Shown here: in pieces, positions 1-9,034 of the stretch | Position numbering within the stretch: position 1 is the first letter of the stretch | Layout: the number at the start of each line of letters is the position of its first letter | DNA from: a virus | Taxonomy: Duplodnaviria > Caudoviricetes | Strand: one strand, 5' to 3' | Length of the DNA stretch: 64,000 nt | IMG/VR virus record: IMGVR_UViG_3300020049_005939 | Location: 1-64,000 of that record | Position numbers and translations under genes: made by a program | The notes under the pieces: generated by a model | What the model saw: the letters and a program-made list of their open reading frames with translations, nothing else | What the model was told of the DNA's origin: nothing | The model's database searches: none

Positions 1-261
1 GATGATAAACGATTGCCTACTAAAGAAGAATGGGAAGAAGCAGAGAAGCATGAAATTAGATTTGTATTACCTAATTTTAATAATAAGTGGTTCTGGTCTT
101 CGTCAGTTCACCCCGACTACTACAATTGCGCCTACATCTTCGTTGGGCGCGATGGACACATCAACAACGGTAATCGCTACTTCGACTTCTACCATTCGGT
201 CCGTTGCATTTCGAGTAAATCGAATAAGGTGTCTCTGGCGTTGGTGAATTATAATGAATAA
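1..261 (+). CDS. DUF1566/Lcl-type C-type-lectin-fold protein, copy 1 (5'-truncated), DGR-like variable region at about 79-210
   Basis: RLPTKEEW...FWSSS...AY.F.G..G...SVRC motifs; near-identical DNA to 12050-12270 and 15735-15940. Confidence 0.8.
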   Translation, partial: DDKRLPTKEEWEEAEKHEIRFVLPNFNNKWFWSSSVHPDYYNCAYIFVGRDGHINNGNRYFDFYHSVRCISSKSNKVSLALVNYNE

Positions 262-928
262 CTTTAAAGTCATCGGTTGTGATACAGATTCTATTCTTTT
301 TTGTAAAGAAAACGAATCAGTGTTTACTACTGACGAACAAGAACAGTTGTTAGGAGATATTAACTCTAAACTTCCCGCTCGAATTAAGTTTGAGCACGAC
401 GGCATCTTTAAACGTGTCATCATTCTTAAAGCTAAGAACTACATTCTTTATGACGATAAACTTAAAATCAAAGGGTCAGCTCTTAAAGCGTCCACTAAAG
501 AAAAAGCCTTAAAGGATCTTATCTCCGATCTCATTTGGACAATGATCAAAGAAGAATATAAGTACCTTGATATATACAAAAAGTATGTATTGGAAGCTCT
601 TAATGTACAAGACATTAGTCGCTGGGCGTCCAAAAAGACAGTAACCCAAGCGGTGCTTAACCCCAAAAGAACCCAGGAGCAGAAGATCCTCGACGCTTTA
701 CAAGGGTATGAATACTCCGAAGGTGATAAGAAATACTTCTACACTAAACAAGATGACTCATTGGGTCTTATAGAAGGGTTTAATAACGATCACAACAAAG
801 AGAAGTTGCTCTCTAGAATTTATAACACATTTAAAATCTTTGAAAATGTCATTGACATGAACGACATTCCTAAGTATCATTTAAAGACTAAGAAAAAAGA
901 ATTAATGGAGTTTATTAAAAATGTTTAA
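254..928 (+). CDS. polB: Family B DNA polymerase, C-terminal subunit (motif C, thumb)
   Basis: VIGCDTDS (motif C), ILKAKNY and KIKGSALK (KxY and KG motifs). Confidence 0.85.
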   Translation: MNNFKVIGCDTDSILFCKENESVFTTDEQEQLLGDINSKLPARIKFEHDGIFKRVIILKAKNYILYDDKLKIKGSALKASTKEKALKDLISDLIWTMIKEEYKYLDIYKKYVLEALNVQDISRWASKKTVTQAVLNPKRTQEQKILDALQGYEYSEGDKKYFYTKQDDSLGLIEGFNNDHNKEKLLSRIYNTFKIFENVIDMNDIPKYHLKTKKKELMEFIKNV

Positions 929-1151
929 TGTTTCAGACTTAAAAAAGATCATTGATGAAATGATTAGTAGAAAAATTACAACCTTTGAAGTATTAGTTGA
1001 TGAAAAAAGCAATGGATATATCAGTGTATATGGAATAGGAAAAATAAAAATTAATTTTTACACTGATAATGGAACCTTTTCTATTTTAAGAGACGAACCT
1101 GAAAATAGATTAACAGGTTGTGGAACTGTTTCAGATTTGAAAAAACTATAA
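921..1151 (+). CDS. Hypothetical protein
   Basis: 76-aa ORF coupled to its neighbours. Confidence 0.6.
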   Translation: MFNVSDLKKIIDEMISRKITTFEVLVDEKSNGYISVYGIGKIKINFYTDNGTFSILRDEPENRLTGCGTVSDLKKL

Positions 1152-1154
1152 ACT

Positions 1155-1580
1155 ATGCCTCACCATGATTGGTCAGACAAATCTTTTGATTGGAAAGGAC
1201 TAAGTCAAGCTATTCGTATTATTGAAAATTGGCATAGATTTGCACGAATTGGATGTAATATCAAAGAAAAGTATGGCACCATTAGATGCGACTCGTCATT
1301 TTTTGACGGCTCCTTACATAGTCTAGTATTTCCCGGCCATTATTTCTATCGGTGGTCTGATAAGGTGTATGCTCTTGAGAGCAGGTTAACGCCTATAATC
1401 TGCTTTTTAAGGATAGATTCTCTAATTAGAGCTTTACAAATTCCATTTTATACATTAGGCTATTACATAGCTATGAAGAAGTATCCACATATTAAAGATG
1501 AGATTTGCGTGGACGCTAGTCATCCACAGTGGATTATTGGTGGTAACAAAATACACAAAAAGTATTGGACAAATATATGA
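1155..1580 (+). CDS. Conserved phage hypothetical protein
   Basis: IKEKYGTIR motif common in phage proteins. Confidence 0.6.
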   Translation: MPHHDWSDKSFDWKGLSQAIRIIENWHRFARIGCNIKEKYGTIRCDSSFFDGSLHSLVFPGHYFYRWSDKVYALESRLTPIICFLRIDSLIRALQIPFYTLGYYIAMKKYPHIKDEICVDASHPQWIIGGNKIHKKYWTNI

Positions 1581-1873
1581 AAATAGTAATTAATACTTGT
1601 TATGGTGGGTTTGGTTTAAGTGAACAAGCCTTAAATATGATTAAAGAAGTTAAACGTCAAGGTAGACTCGCAGATTCCGATCCAGATTTATTTAAATACG
1701 ACTTCAAAAGAAATGATCCGATTTTAATCTCAGTTGTTGAAGAGCTAAAAGAAAAAGCTAACGGAAATTATGCTTCTCTTAAAATTGTGGAGATACCAGA
1801 CGACGTTGATTGGATTATTGCAGAATACGATGGACAAGAACATATCGCAGAAAAGCACAGGACTTGGGAATGA
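1577..1873 (+). CDS. Conserved phage hypothetical protein
   Basis: KIVINTCYGGFGLS...RNDPILISVVEEL...LKIVEIPDDV...EYDGQE pattern. Confidence 0.7.
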   Translation: MKIVINTCYGGFGLSEQALNMIKEVKRQGRLADSDPDLFKYDFKRNDPILISVVEELKEKANGNYASLKIVEIPDDVDWIIAEYDGQEHIAEKHRTWE

Positions 1874-2100
1874 AACTTAAATATTTTGTATACATTATCT
1901 ACTGGGCGGTTCTTACACCATTTATCTTTGTTGTGGTCCACAATACCCTAGCCTTGCGAGATAAGATCGCTCGGATTGAAGTTCTTGACAAGCTACAAGA
2001 AACGTGTGAAGATAAGGTAATGGACAATATAGACACTACTTTTGTAAAAGCTCACAATCTTTGTAAAGCTAAGATCAAAAGAGAATTCCCAAATGAGTGA
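1870..2100 (+). CDS. Small membrane protein
   Basis: N-terminal hydrophobic helix; ATG overlaps the previous stop. Confidence 0.55.
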   Translation: MKLKYFVYIIYWAVLTPFIFVVVHNTLALRDKIARIEVLDKLQETCEDKVMDNIDTTFVKAHNLCKAKIKREFPNE

Positions 2101-2344
2101 AAGTAGACTGTTTAAACGTATTGAAAAAACTGAAGTAGTGGTCATGTGTTTGGAATGTGGCCAAATTCTTTTTGCAAGATCAGTGCGTGATTTTGTGATG
2201 TGCTCTTGTAAGAACGAATGTTACATTGATGGCGGAAGAGATTACATCCGACGAGGAGCGATGCGGTTAAATAACACACAGATGTTAAATCTTAAGCCTC
2301 TTAAAGAAGTTAAAGAAACTAAAAAGAAACCGAAAAAGAAATGA
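2093..2344 (+). CDS. Zn-binding phage protein
   Basis: CLEC...DFVMCSC...IDGG..YIRR. Confidence 0.65.
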   Translation: MSESRLFKRIEKTEVVVMCLECGQILFARSVRDFVMCSCKNECYIDGGRDYIRRGAMRLNNTQMLNLKPLKEVKETKKKPKKK

Positions 2345-3444
2345 ATAACCTTTCTCATTCAGCAGCATCAAAGTATATGGATTGTGCTCAGTCATACAAG
2401 TACTGGTACATAGATAAACTTCGTCCTAAGACGCAGAAAGCCGCTCTTCTTTTCGGATCAGCAGTTGATAAAGCTGTTACCTCTATGTTCAACACACTAA
2501 AGACTGGTGTAGAAGAACATAAACCTGAAAATGTGTTTGAATATGCTTGGCGTTTTGCTGATGTTAATGGAGTTAACACCCATTTACCAGATTGTATAGA
2601 CATTGTGTATGCTGATTCTGACTTTGATTTTGAACTTTTAGGAAATGAACAAGTAAAAAATCTCGAAGAGCAGTTTAAATTAGATAACGCTGAAGAAAAA
2701 TTAAAAGCGGTTTACACTGAAAAGAAACGAGTTGGATTTGATCGGCTCAATCTTAAAGATAAAGAACTTTTAAATAAAGCAAATTGGATGTGTCTCTTTC
2801 AAAAGGGATTGCTCATGATTGAAGCAGTCAAAAGAGACTTTATTCCTAATATAGAAAAAGTATACGCAACCCAAGTTTATGTAAAGCTTGAGAACCAAGA
2901 CCAAGATAAGGTTATCGGATTTGCCGACCTCGTTGCCAAATGGAAAGGTTACGATAAACCCATCATCTTTGATCTTAAGACTTCAACTAGGGACTATGAA
3001 CCTGACTCAGTTCTTGTGTCTCCACAATTAACTTTGTACGTCCATTCTCTTTCTGATCAATTTGATCACACTAGAACCGCAGGATTTTTAGTTTTAAAAA
3101 AACTAGTTTATAAGAATCGAGTTAAGGTGTGTTCTAAATGCGCTGCCGATGGTTCGGGAGGCCGCCACAAGACCTGTCCAGAGCTAGTTAACGGCGACCG
3201 CTGTAACGGAGCGTGGCTTGAGAAGATCAACCCTGAAGTCAAGACACAAATGATCATCAACGATATCCCAGAACAAACAGAAGACATCGTATTAGAAAAC
3301 TTTGATAATATTAATCTTAGTATTAACCACGGTATTTTTCATAGAAACTTTCAAAGCTGTATCAAACCCTACGGTAAATGTCCTTACTATGGACTATGCT
3401 ATAAGAATGATATGGACGGATTAGTAAAGAAGGAAGATAAATAA
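2341..3444 (+). CDS. PD-(D/E)XK Cas4/RecB-like exonuclease
   Basis: SHSAASKYMDC, GFADL, IFDLKT, QLTLY, C-terminal C...CPYYGLC cluster. Confidence 0.85.
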   Translation: MNNLSHSAASKYMDCAQSYKYWYIDKLRPKTQKAALLFGSAVDKAVTSMFNTLKTGVEEHKPENVFEYAWRFADVNGVNTHLPDCIDIVYADSDFDFELLGNEQVKNLEEQFKLDNAEEKLKAVYTEKKRVGFDRLNLKDKELLNKANWMCLFQKGLLMIEAVKRDFIPNIEKVYATQVYVKLENQDQDKVIGFADLVAKWKGYDKPIIFDLKTSTRDYEPDSVLVSPQLTLYVHSLSDQFDHTRTAGFLVLKKLVYKNRVKVCSKCAADGSGGRHKTCPELVNGDRCNGAWLEKINPEVKTQMIINDIPEQTEDIVLENFDNINLSINHGIFHRNFQSCIKPYGKCPYYGLCYKNDMDGLVKKEDK

Positions 3445-3641
3445 TGCAACTTGTAATCGGTATTCTAATTGGATTAGTAGTGGCTACACTACCAAACTAT
3501 CTAACCCCTCCGAAGGAGGAACCAAAGGTTGAAACAACTAACTGTTGCGAAGAACTTCAGCAACTATTTCCAAATGGTCGCGAAACGAATGATCAATTGG
3601 TTATTGAACCTGTATTTGAGGACACAAATGAAGAAAAATAA
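3444..3641 (+). CDS. Small membrane protein
   Basis: N-terminal hydrophobic segment. Confidence 0.5.
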   Translation: MQLVIGILIGLVVATLPNYLTPPKEEPKVETTNCCEELQQLFPNGRETNDQLVIEPVFEDTNEEK

Positions 3642-3873
3642 ATCAGAACCAAGTGAAGAGCATATCCACGTTGAGAAGAAAGAATTCCCAAGAAAAGCAA
3701 TTGCAGCATTAAAGCATCCCGATGGCAGCATTCAGTTAGTCGAGATTGAATTTGATCCAGTAACTAAAGAAACTGGTCAAATGACCTTTGTCAATCTAAA
3801 TCCTAACACAATGATCGCTAGGGATGAATTCAGGGTTAAAGCTGTTTCACATAACAAGGAATTGTTCGGATGA
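3628..3873 (+). CDS. Hypothetical protein
   Basis: In-frame ATG with GAGG upstream. Confidence 0.55.
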   Translation: MKKNKSEPSEEHIHVEKKEFPRKAIAALKHPDGSIQLVEIEFDPVTKETGQMTFVNLNPNTMIARDEFRVKAVSHNKELFG

Positions 3874-3932
3874 CCAACTTTTTATATCTAATGTCTATTG
3901 CATCTTCACAACTTATCATGTTTCATTTTATC

Positions 3933-3961
3933 TTGACAGTATCATGGAACCATGGTATTCT
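3933..3961 (+). promoter_or_regulatory. Sigma70-type promoter
   Basis: TTGACA-17 nt-TATTCT with TG extension; the spacer holds the inverted repeat CATGG-AA-CCATG. Confidence 0.7.
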
Positions 3962-4026
3962 TTTATTGTTAGTGAATATGATTACTATGTTAACTGTCCC
4001 AGTGAATAAATTGGAGAAAAAATAAT

Positions 4027-4683
4027 ATGTCAGAAACTAAATTAATTTATCAAAAGATGTCAGCAGTAATGAAAGACATTGGTCCTGTAAGTAAAGATCA
4101 GTTCAACACGCATCAAAAGTTTAAATTTCGAGGTATTGACCAATTCGTTAATGCGCTTCACCCAGCGTTGGTAAAACATGGAGTATTCATGACTCCAGAG
4201 TGTGTATCGTCAACTAGCGAGTTGCACCAAGTAACCCGTTCTAGCGGTAGTGCTGGAGTGGATAAACATGTGGCACTTCTAATGAAGTTCCACTTTTACG
4301 CGGAAGACGGATCATCCGTAACTGTCGGCCCTATTCCTGCTGAAGGACTTGATGGAGGGGATAAGGCTACAAACAAAGCATTGAGTGCAGCTCTTAAGTA
4401 TGCTCTAATTCAAACCTTCAGTGTTCCTACAGAAGATATGGAAGAAGCTGATAAAGAAAGTCCTACGCTAAGTAGACCAAAAGCAACGCAAACAAGTTCT
4501 CCCACCCAAACGGCGACTCCTTCTGCTGCACTAACAACTAGCGCCCCTGCTAGTGATGCAGCGGGAGGGTCACCTAAGACCGCATCTTCATTTCGTAAGC
4601 CAAAGTCAGCCCCGTTGTCCAATGGCAACGGAACATCGAGCGGTGCAACAACAGCACTAGTAAATGAGGATGGATGGGTATAG
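4027..4683 (+). CDS. ERF-family ssDNA annealing protein
   Basis: KFRGIDQFVNALHPALVKHG and DKATNKALSAALKYALIQTFSVPTED; low-complexity tail ending in W-V. Confidence 0.8.
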   Translation: MSETKLIYQKMSAVMKDIGPVSKDQFNTHQKFKFRGIDQFVNALHPALVKHGVFMTPECVSSTSELHQVTRSSGSAGVDKHVALLMKFHFYAEDGSSVTVGPIPAEGLDGGDKATNKALSAALKYALIQTFSVPTEDMEEADKESPTLSRPKATQTSSPTQTATPSAALTTSAPASDAAGGSPKTASSFRKPKSAPLSNGNGTSSGATTALVNEDGWV

Positions 4684-4892
4684 AATCAAAAGAGGATATT
4701 CTCAAAGAGATAAATAGACTAAATGTTTTACTACAGAAGCCACTCTATGCGTTTAAATGGACAACTAAAAGTAAAATTAAACATTTAGAACTTGAATTAC
4801 TAAGATACGAAAGTCCTTTTAAATTTTATATTAAAACATTTATAAATTACGTTCACTTTAAATACTACGAGATTAAATATGGAAAAGAATGA
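4674..4892 (+). CDS. Hypothetical protein
   Basis: Coupled ORF. Confidence 0.5.
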   Translation: MGIESKEDILKEINRLNVLLQKPLYAFKWTTKSKIKHLELELLRYESPFKFYIKTFINYVHFKYYEIKYGKE

Positions 4893-5301
4893 TCACATTG
4901 AAGAAGCTCAGATAATTGTACCAGAAGGTACTGGAACTATCACCGTTACTCCCCTTGATCCAAATGCGGAGCAAAACGCCGAAGATCCAGTGGCTATTAC
5001 CGCAGGATTGTATAGCATGTATTGGCCGCGTTTAAAGGGCATGGTTAATAACATGTCTAACAAAGAATTACTTCGACTAATCGAGAACATTTTTGAAGTG
5101 CCTTTGATTAGAACTCAAATTACTACTAATATTGAAAAAGAAAAGAATGCATACTATATTGCCGATAGACTACTTGAAGGTAAATATATTATGATCATGG
5201 ATACATATGCAAAGAATTTCGAGCAGATGAATAAAGCTGCTGATGAAATGGAAGTAACTAAACAACAAACTCAAGGAGAAGTAAATGGCACTCAAGCGTA
5301 A
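4879..5301 (+). CDS. Hypothetical protein
   Basis: Coupled 140-aa ORF. Confidence 0.6.
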   Translation: MEKNDHIEEAQIIVPEGTGTITVTPLDPNAEQNAEDPVAITAGLYSMYWPRLKGMVNNMSNKELLRLIENIFEVPLIRTQITTNIEKEKNAYYIADRLLEGKYIMIMDTYAKNFEQMNKAADEMEVTKQQTQGEVNGTQA

Positions 5302-5548
5302 AGTAATCGGTAGTTTCTGTAAGAACAAAGATCCCAATAAGGCTAACTATATTAAAGTTAAGGATGGAGTAACTCTACTACCTAACTCATATATTAGTTT
5401 GGAGTCTAAAGCTTTTCAGCTTAAGAAGCTAGATGAAGCTTTGGCAGCAGGCAAATTGAGTGCTGAGATGGTTGAGAAAATTAAAGAAAAGGTTAATAAA
5501 ATGCCCGATTGGGTTCTTGCTGAAGCGGTTCAATTGGTTGAAGGTTAG
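5285..5548 (+). CDS. Hypothetical protein
   Basis: GGAG SD; 87 aa. Confidence 0.6.
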   Translation: MALKRKVIGSFCKNKDPNKANYIKVKDGVTLLPNSYISLESKAFQLKKLDEALAAGKLSAEMVEKIKEKVNKMPDWVLAEAVQLVEG

Positions 5549-5657
5549 ACAACTTGGCGGCATCGGCCCCTTTAAGCTCGCGGGAAGTTGTCTTATCTGG
5601 ATGCATAGACATCCAGAGAAGGGTAAGGGTTCATAGGATCGCATCCTTGCCCTTACC
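5547..5657 (+). other. Three consecutive stem-loops (structured intergenic element)
   Basis: AGACAACTT/AAGTTGTCT (9 bp), TCTGGATG/CATCCAGA (8 bp), GGTAAGGG/CCCTTACC (8 bp) plus inner GGAT/ATCC. Confidence 0.6.
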
Positions 5658-5680
5658 TATATTTTTAATAAGGAGAATAA

Positions 5681-6019
5681 ATGATTCAATTCTTTCATCA
5701 AAGAGAATCTGGTAATGAACGGACTTATGCATTAGATGTCCCCTCGATTGATGCTATCGAAATGTATAACATCAGTACTCCCATTAGTATAGCCTTGGGT
5801 ATGGCCAGATGCAACCAAATGGATCAGTATTGCAAAAAGACCGGAAGAGAACTAGCTATTCAACGGATCATAGAACATCAATTTATTGTTAGACATGTTC
5901 ATAATCTGGCAGATGGTCTATATTTAGATTTGTTTAGTCTTGACAATAAGACTGCTATTAGACTAAGATTATTGAAAGGGTCAGATAAAGTACACTTTTT
6001 AGACGCACACACTATTTAA
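5681..6019 (+). CDS. Conserved phage hypothetical protein
   Basis: GMARCNQMDQYCKKTGRELA matches the common phage G.A.C...D.F.K..GR..A motif; AAGGAG SD. Confidence 0.65.
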   Translation: MIQFFHQRESGNERTYALDVPSIDAIEMYNISTPISIALGMARCNQMDQYCKKTGRELAIQRIIEHQFIVRHVHNLADGLYLDLFSLDNKTAIRLRLLKGSDKVHFLDAHTI

Positions 6020-6036
6020 AAGTCTTTGGAGGACAT

Positions 6037-7941
6037 TTGAAATACGTTAGACTTTGCAATTCAGTTAGAGACACAGGAAGACTTGTATTACCAGAGCAAG
6101 TAGCAGATTTAGTAACATCCGATAAAGACTGGTACACTTCTTGTTTTTACTATGATGACAAACAATTCGAGCAGTTTAAACAAACGGGCACTATTAAAGG
6201 TATTAAAGAAGTAACCACCAATAAACTCTGGTTTGACTTTGATAATAAGGATAACCCAGAAAAGGCCCGAGAAGCCGCTTTAACGCTCGTAAACAGGCTA
6301 CAAGAGCAGATCCCAGTTAAAGACATCGAGCTATACTTCTCAGGAAATAAGGGCTATAACGTCAACCTGACTCTTACTAAGTGGTATAGTCCTAAACAAG
6401 TAGCAGAGGTAGCTCGCTACTTCGCTAAAGACCTACCTCTTGACTGGTCCATGTATGATCATTCCCAGCTTCTTAGGGTACCTGGCACTAAACATAATGT
6501 CAGCGGTCTTTATAAAATTCCCCTAACCCTACAACAGTTAACAAATCTTAACACTAATTCCATTAAAGAGATCGCTCAATCACTTGAGAATGTCACTTCT
6601 GACTTTCATTGGGATAAAGCTACTTTAAACGATAGTCTATTTGTGTCTAAAGAAGTTGTTAAAGACATTAAAGAAGAGCTTGACCCTGAACTAAAACGTA
6701 AACCTTATAACTGGAAAGATTATAAATGGGCATTAGCCCAGGGTAACTTCGGGGATGAGCCTGGAGAACGCCACCACGTTATGATGATCCTAGCGTCTAC
6801 CTGTAGGGCTATGGGTTACGATAAGACCATGACCTACTACATGTGTAAAAGTGCGCTTAAAAAGCAAGCTGCTCGCACTGGTAGGGATGAATTTCCTAAA
6901 GAAGAGCTATGGGACAATATTATCGAAGCTTCAGTATTCTCCGATTCTTGGACTGGCGGACAATATTCACCTAAGAATGATCCGTGGTTAAAGAACTACT
7001 GTGAAAAGAACGGGTTTATTATAGAAGACTCAGAGGGTAACGTAACTAGCATTACCCAAGCCTTTGACCAATTTAAAAACTACGCAGTTAATATCGACGA
7101 CCTGACTATTAAGTCGGGCATTCCGTCTTTAGACGCAAAGCTCCGTATGACTACAGGCATGAGCATTGGTCTAGTGGCGGCGCCAGGAGTAGGTAAAACG
7201 TCTATTGCAATTCAAATTCTTAACAACATGTCTAAAGCGGGACATAGATCAATCTTTTTCTCATACGATATGTATAGTGCTCTTGTTTATCAAAAGCTTG
7301 TACAAAAGCATATGAACATGTCATCAGATGACATCTTTAAGAGTATGGCTGACCCCACCTTCCAAGCTAGGGTTCAGAAGATTATTGGAGAAGAATATAA
7401 GAATGTTGACTTCTGCTTTAAAGCTGGACAGACAACTGGCGACATCTTAGAAACAATTAGAGAATCGGAAGATAAGAGTGGACAGAAAGTTAAGTTTGTT
7501 GTAATGGATTATAACGAACTAGTTATTAGTGACCACAATGATCCAACTGCTTCCAGTTCTTATGTGGCACAAAAGATGCGCGAATACGCAAACGTGCATC
7601 ATATGTGTGTATTAAGTTTGTTTCAACCCAACAAAATGGCTGGCAGTCCGTCCGATGAAATCACGTCTTACAGAGCGGCCAAAGGCTCTAGTGCTATTGA
7701 GCAGAGTGTGAGCACCATGCTTGGAATGAGCAGACCGGGGTTTAATCCTAATAAACCCGAAAATGACATCTTCACTACTATTAAATGTCTTAAAAATCGT
7801 ATGGGACCTATCTTTAGTCTTGACTACTACTGGGACGGTCTGAGAGGATCTATTGAAGAACTTAGTGATGATGAAAGAAAAGAATTGAAACGGCTTAGAG
7901 AAGAAAAAGCCGGAGAGACTAAAAAAGAAGACTGGGTATGA
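6037..7941 (+). CDS. AEP-type primase fused to DnaB/SF4-like helicase
   Basis: WFDFD, FSGNKGYN, LLRVPGT; APGVGKTS, FFSYDM, VVMDY, LFQPNK, KNRMG; TTG start after GGAGG. Confidence 0.85.
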   Translation: MKYVRLCNSVRDTGRLVLPEQVADLVTSDKDWYTSCFYYDDKQFEQFKQTGTIKGIKEVTTNKLWFDFDNKDNPEKAREAALTLVNRLQEQIPVKDIELYFSGNKGYNVNLTLTKWYSPKQVAEVARYFAKDLPLDWSMYDHSQLLRVPGTKHNVSGLYKIPLTLQQLTNLNTNSIKEIAQSLENVTSDFHWDKATLNDSLFVSKEVVKDIKEELDPELKRKPYNWKDYKWALAQGNFGDEPGERHHVMMILASTCRAMGYDKTMTYYMCKSALKKQAARTGRDEFPKEELWDNIIEASVFSDSWTGGQYSPKNDPWLKNYCEKNGFIIEDSEGNVTSITQAFDQFKNYAVNIDDLTIKSGIPSLDAKLRMTTGMSIGLVAAPGVGKTSIAIQILNNMSKAGHRSIFFSYDMYSALVYQKLVQKHMNMSSDDIFKSMADPTFQARVQKIIGEEYKNVDFCFKAGQTTGDILETIRESEDKSGQKVKFVVMDYNELVISDHNDPTASSSYVAQKMREYANVHHMCVLSLFQPNKMAGSPSDEITSYRAAKGSSAIEQSVSTMLGMSRPGFNPNKPENDIFTTIKCLKNRMGPIFSLDYYWDGLRGSIEELSDDERKELKRLREEKAGETKKEDWV

Positions 7942-8270
7942 TTAATTTTATGACTAAAAAGAAAAACAATAAACTTGATCTAATTGACAACTCCTTTCTT
8001 GGAGAGTACATTAGACTTATATTAGAACCCGTTACACGACTATCACATGCTAAGGGTGATGAAATGATTGACTCGGAGACAAACATAGCTATCGATGGTT
8101 ATCTTTTGGAGAAAGACGATAATTACTTCTATTTGGGATCAACAGCCGGATCGGTGACACAAGCTATTCGACGAGATCTTGTGATGATTATTCAGACTGA
8201 ACTAGATAAAGATGAATATTCTGAATATCTAGATAAACTTGAAACTCCTAAAAAGGGAGAGTTTAACTAA
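7938..8270 (+). CDS. Hypothetical protein
   Basis: Coupled ORF. Confidence 0.6.
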   Translation: MINFMTKKKNNKLDLIDNSFLGEYIRLILEPVTRLSHAKGDEMIDSETNIAIDGYLLEKDDNYFYLGSTAGSVTQAIRRDLVMIIQTELDKDEYSEYLDKLETPKKGEFN

Positions 8271-8476
8271 TGCTTCTTTATGAATTTACTATTATCCATA
8301 ACGAATGTCTAACTGACGAACCCGTGAACATTAGAGTTAAAAATATTTTAGAAACACAAGCTCATGAGCAATTGTGGGCATTTGGATACACATATTATAT
8401 AGGTAAACCTAAATTTCTTCCAGGGGGAGATTTAGAGTATATGGTTACTGTGTCAGGAGAATATGATAATGAATAA
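8270..8476 (+). CDS. Hypothetical protein
   Basis: Coupled ORF with GGGAG SD. Confidence 0.55.
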   Translation: MLLYEFTIIHNECLTDEPVNIRVKNILETQAHEQLWAFGYTYYIGKPKFLPGGDLEYMVTVSGEYDNE

Positions 8477-8741
8477 GTATGGAAATATACCAGAAGAAGT
8501 GTTGTATACTGAGTTTAGAGACATTGACGAAGACCCTGCTTCTTTAAAAGACCTCATTGATTTCTGTCTTGAAGACGACGAATTCATCATTGACGCTAAA
8601 TGGCACATGTCTATGTCTCATGAACAGGAAGCGTACTTAGAATCATTTACAGCATGGACAGAAAATAACGTGTTGATGTTGATTATTAACGGAACGCTTG
8701 GCGCTTACTTAGCAAAGGTAAAGAGAAACCCACAATGGTAG
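8463..8741 (+). CDS. Hypothetical protein
   Basis: Acidic 92-aa ORF. Confidence 0.55.
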   Translation: MIMNKYGNIPEEVLYTEFRDIDEDPASLKDLIDFCLEDDEFIIDAKWHMSMSHEQEAYLESFTAWTENNVLMLIINGTLGAYLAKVKRNPQW

Positions 8742-9034
8742 GATTGTTAGTATTTTCTTTATATGTAATAATTGCGCTAGTTGTTTACATTGGCCTGTAT
8801 TTACATAGAGAAAAAATTAATCAAGTTCCCGGAGATTTTTTTGAAGTTCCGATGGCTCTTCTTTGGCCAGCTATGGTTCCTTTTGCTGTTTTTTTTGTTT
8901 TTGTTGTTTATCCGATAGGTCTAGGATTTAACAAACTTAATAAAAAACTAGATGTCTATAAAAATCATCTTGAGTTAATGAAAAGTGATAAAGAATACGC
9001 ATTAAAATATAGGATGAAAAGAAAATTCAAATGA
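8735..9034 (+). CDS. Membrane protein (weak shared C-terminal helix)
   Basis: Two hydrophobic segments with a LLWP motif; paralog-like to 11286-11594. Confidence 0.6.
   Translation: MVGLLVFSLYVIIALVVYIGLYLHREKINQVPGDFFEVPMALLWPAMVPFAVFFVFVVYPIGLGFNKLNKKLDVYKNHLELMKSDKEYALKYRMKRKFK

Noticed and set aside
91-210. Copy 1 as the DGR template repeat
   Set aside because: It differs from copies 2 and 3 at non-adenine bases (tgc versus gtc, tgg versus ttg), so it is another variable copy.
2-247. Thr-rich alternative-frame ORFs over the lectin paralogs (also 12034-12297 and 15678-15977)
   Set aside because: They are shadows of the same repeated DNA; NNC codon periodicity produces Thr/Ser/Ala runs and few stops, and they have no SD or motifs.
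2341-3444. Cas4-like nuclease as part of a CRISPR system
   Set aside because: No repeat-spacer array or other cas genes; its position near the ERF gene fits a recombination exonuclease.
3870-4025. 51-aa hydrophobic ORF
   Set aside because: It overlaps a strong sigma70 promoter and has no recognisable motif; may be real but is unsupported.
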